From a virus, in IMG/VR virus record IMGVR_UViG_3300009094_000001, positions 8,579 to 72,578 of that record: DNA of 64,000 nt; one strand, written 5' to 3'. Within the stretch, counting starts at the first letter, position 1, and the number at the start of each line of letters is the position of its first letter. A program made the translations under genes and the position numbers. The notes beneath the pieces are model-generated. The model was not told the origin of the DNA, made no database searches, and was given only the letters and a program-made list of their open reading frames with translations. Shown in pieces: positions 63,636 to 64,000 of this stretch.

Positions 63636-64000
63636 GAAGGGTATTCGTTTACACGCGCGTATCCACCGCTGAACAAACCGATGGCGGCGGGCATGACCGA
63701 CAATTCGAGGCTTGCTCCTCTTTTTGTGCCAGCAAAGGCTGGGAGGTCCTTCGGAGCTTCGATGAGCAGTCTTCCGGCAGCATTTCCGCGCTGGACCGGC
63801 CAATTTTGGCGGAGCTGATTTCTCTTTGCGGCGATGCTTACGACGTGAAGACAATTGTAGTGGAGCGCCCGGACCGAATTGCGAGGGACCTCATTGTTAG
63901 CGAGCTTTTCTTTCGTGAATGCCGCGACCGGGGCATTGAGGTTTACGCTGCCGACTGCGGCACGGAGCTGGTCAACGCGGAGTCGGACCCGTCCCAGACG
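63632..64000 (+). CDS. Serine recombinase (3' partial)
   Basis: VFVYTRVSTAEQ..RQ..DEQSSG..RP.L..VVERPDRIARD; absent from the ORF track because it has no stop in the window. Confidence 0.9.
   Translation, partial: MRRVFVYTRVSTAEQTDGGGHDRQFEACSSFCASKGWEVLRSFDEQSSGSISALDRPILAELISLCGDAYDVKTIVVERPDRIARDLIVSELFFRECRDRGIEVYAADCGTELVNAESDPSQT

Noticed and set aside
63622-63660. TTACACGCGCGT direct repeat as a recombinase site
   Set aside because: Both copies are within coding sequence (one encodes the YTRV catalytic motif), so coincidence is plausible.
1-64000. Reverse-transcriptase systems (DGR or retron) as an explanation for the structured RNAs
   Set aside because: No reverse transcriptase ORF or TR/VR pair was recognised in the window.

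Overview
This 64 kb window is most of a dsDNA tailed-phage genome with podovirus-like architecture; both ends are cut mid-gene. The + strand block (1-14993) covers replication and regulation: an SSB-like protein, family A DNA polymerase (Leu762 type), primase-helicase, a phage sigma-70-family factor, RuvC-like resolvase, metallophosphoesterase, Mesh1-like alarmone hydrolase and a truncated UvrD helicase. The - strand block (14983-51806) is the late/virion region: a 2022-aa ejection protein, two more ejection proteins, GNAT, a 2OG-Fe(II) oxygenase, nozzle and adaptor, three collagen-like fibres, holin/spanin candidates, major capsid, scaffold, portal and large terminase. It also holds a nucleotide-sugar/glycosyltransferase cluster and degenerate tRNA-like RNAs. 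A - strand island with a TerS-like gene and glmS follows, then small early genes and a partial serine recombinase. Eight HNH/EndoVII endonucleases are scattered throughout. The most notable signals are: (1) a candidate phage-encoded virion glycosylation system (GlmS, UDP-GlcNAc dehydratase, Fcl-like reductase, three GT-like proteins, Thr/NGT-rich collagen fibres, oxygenase); (2) a second promoter class, CTTGAC-N16-GGACCTTT, found nine times with exact spacing and probably read by the phage sigma; (3) ten leaderless sigma-70 promoters; (4) several unexplained structured RNAs; (5) a histone-fold-like protein. All protein calls come from motif recognition by eye; no searches were run.
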